Source: a candidate division CSSED10-310 bacterium (GTDB taxonomy: Bacteria > CSSED10-310). Taken from it: a stretch of 64,000 bases of DNA. Positions 58,662 to 64,000 of this stretch are shown here, in pieces. Each line of letters opens with the position of its first letter. The stretch's first letter is position 1. The translations under genes and the position numbers were made by a program. The stretch is from positions 160,700-224,699 of the forward strand of contig JAFGEQ010000019.1 of NCBI GenBank assembly GCA_016931515.1. Reading direction: 5' to 3'. Below the pieces are notes generated by a model. That model saw only the letters and a list, made by a program, of their open reading frames with translations. It had not been told where the DNA came from and did no database searches.

Positions 58662-61600
58662 ATGGAATCTACCGACCGATGGACTGAGACAGTTTCCGGG
58701 AAACGACGCAATTGGCTGTTGTTCGTCCTGTTTCTCGCAGGTCTGGGATTGCGGTTGTACGGTTATGAATGGGGATTCCCTCATCACTTCCATCCGGATG
58801 AACGACAGATTGTCGATTTTCAAGCTCCCAAGGTGGAGCTGGATATACTGAATCCTGTGAAATCGATTCCTCCGCTCCTTCAGGGTGACTGGAAAACTCT
58901 GAATAATATGGTATTCAAAATGAATACCAAGTTTTTTGCCTATGGTCCGCTACCAATGTATACACTGGCCGTCATCGTGGAGTGTCAGGATGCGATCAAT
59001 ATGCAGATCCGGTCATTCTTCGCTGACCGTCCCGGAGTGAGCCTGGAAACCCGGACTAAAATCAATAAATGGTTTCCGAGGATCAAGGACGGAAAAGGTC
59101 GGATTGTAACAGGGCGGATACTTTCCGGAATTCTGTCTGCGTTGACAATTCTGATCATCTTCCGCCTGGGTGCCTACCTGTACAATTCAAAGGTCGGTCT
59201 CCTGGCGGCGGTCTTCTTCACGTTCACCGTGCTCTCGATCCAGCAAGCGCATTTCATGATTGTTGATGGACCTCAAACCTTTCTCGTGACCTGGGCGATG
59301 TACCATGTTGTTAGGATCGCCATGGGGGACCGCCGACGTGATTATTATCTGGCGGCGGTTTTTATCGGGCTTGCAATGGCAACCAAGTTCAGTACAGCAC
59401 CTATCGGCCTGGCTTATATTCTCGCTCATTTTCTGTCGTTGCTGCGGGGCCGGCGTAAAGGCATGAATAACTGGTACCATTGGATTGCAGGCGGATTATT
59501 GGCGATTATCGTTATGACAATTGTCATGCCTTTCTGGATTCTCGATACCAATGAGTTTTTTCATGACATCCGCGAACAGAGAGATATGGTTACCGGCGTG
59601 GCGGATCTGCCTTACACAATCCAGTTCGAAGGAACCGCTCCATTTGTTTATATGATAAAAAACATGATCCTATGGTCTCTGGGTCTTCCACTCGGATTGG
59701 CTGCCTACATCGGCTTGATCGCAGCTGTCCGACGGATTTGGAAAAAACCTGAAGATCTTGGAAATATGGTCATACTCGCACTGGTAATTCCGCTTCTATA
59801 TTTTAACGGAATTTTCTTTGCGAAATTTTTAAGATATACCCTGGTTACCATTCCATTTTTTGTGATTTTTGCAGCACGCTGGCTGTACGGCATGAAATCA
59901 TGGGCCGGAAGAGGATGGGGAAGGTTTGTAACCGGCATTGTTCTCGTTGGTACAATCGGATGGGCTATGGCTTTCCAAACGATCTATCTGGATCCGCACA
60001 CCCGGTTGCAGGCATCCGACTGGATCTATCAGAATGTAGATAAGGGGAAACATATTGTCCAGGAAAGCGGTTGGGATGATGGTCTGCCCGTAAGTACAAA
60101 TAACGGAGATCCGGGGCGATATAGTATTCGGCAGCTCGGCATTTACAAGGAACCGGACAACGAGCAACGGGCGGATGTCATGGCTGAAATTCTGGAATGG
60201 GGTGACGTGATTGTTCTCTCATCCAGGAAGCATTATGGGTCCGTGACACGTGTTCCCGATCGATACCCCGTTTCATCGAATTTTTATAAATTGCTATTTG
60301 ACGAAAAATTGGGTTATCAACATGTGCAGACATTCGACAATCCTCCTGGACTCTGGAAACTTCGGTTTCGAGATGATGCGGCTGATGAAAGTTTCCGTGT
60401 GTATGAGCATCCCCGGGTTGATATTTTTATCAAGGAAAGCGGTTTAACGGAATCGCGTTTGTCCGCACTCCTTCTGGCGCCTCCACCCGAAGTCGCGGAC
60501 ATGACATATAATGAATTGATGACACGCCGACCGCCAACGGAGATCGGGTCACGCGTCAATTTCCCGATCATGAGATGGCTGCTGGTTCTTGAGATACTCG
60601 GGTTCATATGTATACCGTTTGCTTTCGTGGTTTTCACCCGGTTCGATCATAAGGGATATCCCTATACCAAACTGATCGGTTTGCTTCTTACCGCCTACAT
60701 GTGCTGGCTGTTACCGAGCCTGCAGTACCTGCCGTTTTCCCGAACCCTGATCATTGGAATGCTAGTCGTTCTGGCTTGGATCAATCATTCTATATACAGG
60801 ACTCACAGGGATGCTATTCGCACCATGGTCAGAGAGCGGTGGTGGAGTATTGCCGGGTACGAGATCCTTTTCCTGTCGGTATTTTGTATTTTCGGGTTAT
60901 TGAAGAGCTGGAATCCGGATATTTTCTGGAGTGAAAGCTCAATGGATTTCGGTTTTATTAATGCTGTGCTGCGATCAGACTATTTTCCGCCACAGGATCC
61001 ATGGGTTCAGGGTCAGGGCATTAATTATTACTACTATGGTCATTACCTTGCGGCTTTTATGACCAGACTTACTGGAGTGGAACCCCATTACGGGTATAAT
61101 CTGTTTTTTATTACGATTCCATCTTTGGTCGCGCTGACGATCGCGGGTATTCTGATGACTCTGACCCGCAGAATTTGGGTATCACTGTTCGGCGTGCTCT
61201 TTGCCATCTTCATCGGCAATCTGGATGGATTGCCTCAGATGGCCAATATCTGGGCCCGGCAGACCAGGGGAACTGAATGGTTCAGGTATGCCGATGCTTT
61301 TCAGAGTGCGGTCGGTCATGTTTTGAATCTGGGACGGCAAGATGCGCATTTCCGGTTCTTTCGATCCGCACATGAATTGATAAAACCAACTGTCCATGAG
61401 TTTCCTTATTGGAGTTATAACTTCATGGATTTGCACGCGCATACTATCGCGACGGTATTGAGTACATTCTTCCTGGCCTTACTGTTCGTTCTCCTGCGTA
61501 ACGCCGGAGGAGGGATCCGGATTTTCGGTGATCAGAAACAACAGCAGGTTGTTACTCTGATCATCCTGTGGGTGACGTATGGAGCAATGATATCGACAAA

Positions 61601-64000
61601 CTCCTGGGACATCCCGACTCAGATGGTTCTAATGATTTTGATATCCCTCTGGATTATGGTTTTTGCAGAACGAAAACCCCGAATCCGATTGCGTCCGATT
61701 GTTGACCTGGATGTCGAGCGGATGGTTGCAAACACTCCGTCTGCTGATGAACAAATCGATTCCTCGACGCCCATGGCGGATACAGATGCAGAAACACCTC
61801 AACTGGAAGATACGCTTGTGGCGGAGACTATTCCCGACCTGGTTGCCGGATCCGGGATGGACATGGAGGAAAAGCCTGGGGAAGATGAGGAACCATCGGT
61901 TGCCTCAGTGACTCAACGCAATGCTGTGATTGATGGAGATCTTGAATCGGATGATTCTCCTCCTGAAGCAGACATCTCTGATTCGGTTGAAAATCAAGTT
62001 TTACCGGAATCCGCCGGCAATGTTGATGAATTAGTGATTGAAGAATCTGATTTCGCTTCCATGGATGAAGAATCTGAGCTGATTGTCGGTTCTGAAATGG
62101 ACGTCGATGAAGAATCGGACATGTTGTCCGGTTCAGACTCGCAGGCGGAATCAGACGCGGAATCGGTGTCGGACACTGAATCGGACAGGCGACGATTCTC
62201 GATGCCACTGGATTCCATCAAGGATCATTCTGACGATCGAGAAGTTCCTGAATTCCAGGACTCCATCAAACGTCGCTGGCGTGCTGGTATTATCATCAAA
62301 TCGATCGAATGGCTTGGTAATCAGGTGTACAATGAGATAACAGGTTCTTGGAGATTTCTGTGGAATTTATTGTGGCCGGTCGCTTTAGTGATTCTGGGTG
62401 CCATGACACTTCATATGCCCTACCTGATGCATTTCCACCGAGCGGGTATGGGAGTCGGGACACTGTGGAAGTACAGGCAGACAACCAATCTTGATGGATT
62501 TCTGACAATGTTCGGTTTTTTCATTTTCATATTCATAACACAATTCATCCGCTGGTGGTGGGATGTTCAGAAGGAAAGGGGTCGCTCATCGGTACGCTCT
62601 GCAGGCATTCTACTGGGAATAATCATCTTGTTACTGATCGCCTGTCTGGGATTCATGCATTTCCCTGATGTTCCAGCGGACTTCTCCGTTCTGGCTATCA
62701 GTCTGTTCTTGATCTTATTGATCATTTCAATATTGATTGAGGGCTATCCGACGACATCCGAAGCATTTCCACTTATTCTTGCTCTGGCAGCGGTTGGAAT
62801 CACTGCAGGTTGCGAAATATTTTATATCCGTGATTTCTACCAGGGCGGTGATATGCGCCGATTCAACACAATTTTCAAATTTTATCTGCAGGCGTGGTTC
62901 ATGTTTTCCCTTGCATCCGGATACCTGATTGCACGACGAATGAGAATTCGTTCAAAACCTGCTCATATAAGCGGTGGCATGGCTTTCATGGCGCGGGTTT
63001 CATCATGGAGTTGGAATCTTGTATTCATATTTCTGCTGGGTGCGTCACTGATTTTTACATTCTGGGGAATTCATGCCAGGCATTATCATGATGAATACCG
63101 GAGGGTTAAGCTGCCGTTGACACTCGACGGCTGGGCATACATGAAGAAGGGTTTTAGAGAAGACATCATCAATGAGTACCGAGCCATTAACTGGCTCCAG
63201 CAGAATATTAAGGGCACACCGGTTATTCTGGAAGCCAGTGGCGCTGATTATCTCTATCAATATGGCGATATCTCTGCGAATACGGGACTTCCCACTGTAT
63301 TGGGATGGTGGAGTCATGTGGGCCAGAGAGAATATCTAATCAAGCGTAATCGGGGTAAAAACAGGAAAGACCGTGAAATAGATATCGGGAAGATAAAGCG
63401 AGATATCCTGACGATGTATAACAGCGCAGATATAGAGGAAGTATTATCGCTGCTCGGTCAATATAGAGTTCAGTATATATTCGTTGGCCCGACTGAAAAG
63501 TCAGAGTACAACTCATTGGGTCTGGAGAAATTTCGAGAGATGTCGGTTTTCATGACACCGGTTTATACCAATCCGGATGTTGTGATTTACAGGGTGAATG
63601 ATTACGGCCACAGTGTAGATCTATCGGATACGATCCAGGATAATGCCGCCCTTACTCGCCTTAAGGAGGAACTCACTGCCCGGGAAGAAGAAGAAACGAG
63701 GGCACAGAGAGCTGCTGAGATAGAGCGGGAGCGGAGAATGATGGAGCAGCCGCCGAAGAGCCTGCTCCGTGGAACTCAGGGCAAAGCCAGAGGCATGTTC
63801 GAAGAACCGCGATCAATGTGTGTCGCACCTGATGGATCTGTGTATGTTGCAGATTTCCGCAACCATCGCATTCAAAAGTACGGACCGGACGGCAATTGGC
63901 TTATGGCATGGGGTGAAACCGGTGATGAGCCTGGGCAGTTCAACGATATCTGTGATGTTGCTGCAAATACACGTTTTGTTTATGTTCTTGATACGTTCCA
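58662..64000 (+). CDS. Giant multidomain membrane protein: GT-C (PMT/ArnT-like) + DUF2298 'YYY' module + acidic linker + further TM/soluble DUF2298 C-region + NHL repeats; ORF still open at window end (>1779 aa)
   Basis: Not in the ORF track, which requires a stop. I translated it by hand in frame 0 from ATG 58662 (RBS AAGGAGAG) and spot-checked three codon stretches. It reads FHPDERQ (DE motif), then INYYYYGHYLAAF at about 61020, a D/E/S-rich tract at about 61700-62250, and an NHL blade VYVADFRNHRIQKYGPDGNW at about 63840. No in-frame stop was found. Confidence 0.7.
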   Translation, partial: MESTDRWTETVSGKRRNWLLFVLFLAGLGLRLYGYEWGFPHHFHPDERQIVDFQAPKVELDILNPVKSIPPLLQGDWKTLNNMVFKMNTKFFAYGPLPMYTLAVIVECQDAINMQIRSFFADRPGVSLETRTKINKWFPRIKDGKGRIVTGRILSGILSALTILIIFRLGAYLYNSKVGLLAAVFFTFTVLSIQQAHFMIVDGPQTFLVTWAMYHVVRIAMGDRRRDYYLAAVFIGLAMATKFSTAPIGLAYILAHFLSLLRGRRKGMNNWYHWIAGGLLAIIVMTIVMPFWILDTNEFFHDIREQRDMVTGVADLPYTIQFEGTAPFVYMIKNMILWSLGLPLGLAAYIGLIAAVRRIWKKPEDLGNMVILALVIPLLYFNGIFFAKFLRYTLVTIPFFVIFAARWLYGMKSWAGRGWGRFVTGIVLVGTIGWAMAFQTIYLDPHTRLQASDWIYQNVDKGKHIVQESGWDDGLPVSTNNGDPGRYSIRQLGIYKEPDNEQRADVMAEILEWGDVIVLSSRKHYGSVTRVPDRYPVSSNFYKLLFDEKLGYQHVQTFDNPPGLWKLRFRDDAADESFRVYEHPRVDIFIKESGLTESRLSALLLAPPPEVADMTYNELMTRRPPTEIGSRVNFPIMRWLLVLEILGFICIPFAFVVFTRFDHKGYPYTKLIGLLLTAYMCWLLPSLQYLPFSRTLIIGMLVVLAWINHSIYRTHRDAIRTMVRERWWSIAGYEILFLSVFCIFGLLKSWNPDIFWSESSMDFGFINAVLRSDYFPPQDPWVQGQGINYYYYGHYLAAFMTRLTGVEPHYGYNLFFITIPSLVALTIAGILMTLTRRIWVSLFGVLFAIFIGNLDGLPQMANIWARQTRGTEWFRYADAFQSAVGHVLNLGRQDAHFRFFRSAHELIKPTVHEFPYWSYNFMDLHAHTIATVLSTFFLALLFVLLRNAGGGIRIFGDQKQQQVVTLIILWVTYGAMISTNSWDIPTQMVLMILISLWIMVFAERKPRIRLRPIVDLDVERMVANTPSADEQIDSSTPMADTDAETPQLEDTLVAETIPDLVAGSGMDMEEKPGEDEEPSVASVTQRNAVIDGDLESDDSPPEADISDSVENQVLPESAGNVDELVIEESDFASMDEESELIVGSEMDVDEESDMLSGSDSQAESDAESVSDTESDRRRFSMPLDSIKDHSDDREVPEFQDSIKRRWRAGIIIKSIEWLGNQVYNEITGSWRFLWNLLWPVALVILGAMTLHMPYLMHFHRAGMGVGTLWKYRQTTNLDGFLTMFGFFIFIFITQFIRWWWDVQKERGRSSVRSAGILLGIIILLLIACLGFMHFPDVPADFSVLAISLFLILLIISILIEGYPTTSEAFPLILALAAVGITAGCEIFYIRDFYQGGDMRRFNTIFKFYLQAWFMFSLASGYLIARRMRIRSKPAHISGGMAFMARVSSWSWNLVFIFLLGASLIFTFWGIHARHYHDEYRRVKLPLTLDGWAYMKKGFREDIINEYRAINWLQQNIKGTPVILEASGADYLYQYGDISANTGLPTVLGWWSHVGQREYLIKRNRGKNRKDREIDIGKIKRDILTMYNSADIEEVLSLLGQYRVQYIFVGPTEKSEYNSLGLEKFREMSVFMTPVYTNPDVVIYRVNDYGHSVDLSDTIQDNAALTRLKEELTAREEEETRAQRAAEIERERRMMEQPPKSLLRGTQGKARGMFEEPRSMCVAPDGSVYVADFRNHRIQKYGPDGNWLMAWGETGDEPGQFNDICDVAANTRFVYVLDTF

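Noticed and set aside
61994-62221. Minus-strand ORF encoding a Ser/Asp-rich 75-aa peptide
   Set aside because: It is the antisense reading of the acidic low-complexity linker of the giant plus-strand ORF.

Overview
The window looks like a single chromosomal stretch of an uncultured Gram-negative, probably anaerobic bacterium at roughly 47-48% GC. It is dense in core genes and carries no transposase, integrase, prophage or CRISPR signal. From left to right: a 5'-truncated ClpC/ClpB-type ATPase, then an outer-membrane biogenesis block (bamA, skp, lpxD, lpxA). Next come glgA with a small membrane-protein gene, two lipoproteins, and an unusual outer-membrane protein that fuses a peptidase-like domain, a TolB-like propeller and an Omp85-like barrel. 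A MurC/Mpl-type ligase, sucCD and a four-subunit 2-oxoacid:ferredoxin oxidoreductase (delta-alpha-beta-gamma) follow. After a secreted two-HKD phospholipase-D-family protein and a GT39-like/TPR membrane protein there is a minus-strand glycan operon: a methyltransferase, a bifunctional GT4-like+GT2 enzyme and a GT4-like paralogue. The middle of the window holds a TPR/TM/zinc-ribbon protein, a DUF4388-like/GspG-like fusion, an SPFH lipoprotein, YjbQ, HspR, a sigma-70 factor, a PfkB kinase, Lon, tmk and a PSP1/RicT protein. Then come a structured approximately 200-nt intergenic region, murF, a membrane/spermidine-synthase fusion, an amidase with a GerMN protein, rdgB and five tRNAs (Pro, Arg, His, Arg, Leu). 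These are followed by tig, clpP, engB, a LarB-like protein and folD. The most unusual content is at the 3' end, 50968 to 64000. It is a run of ArnT/PMT-like polytopic membrane glycosyltransferases (the cell-surface GT-C fold). One of them is fused to NHL beta-propeller repeats and is followed by a 'YYY' protein (DUF2298 / TIGR03662-type, named for a conserved Tyr-Tyr-Tyr motif). A giant ORF of more than 1779 aa, still open at the window end, fuses all three modules in one chain: a GT-C domain, a YYY domain (INYYYYGHY), an acidic linker and NHL repeats. This is a plausible uncharacterised cell-envelope glycosylation system.
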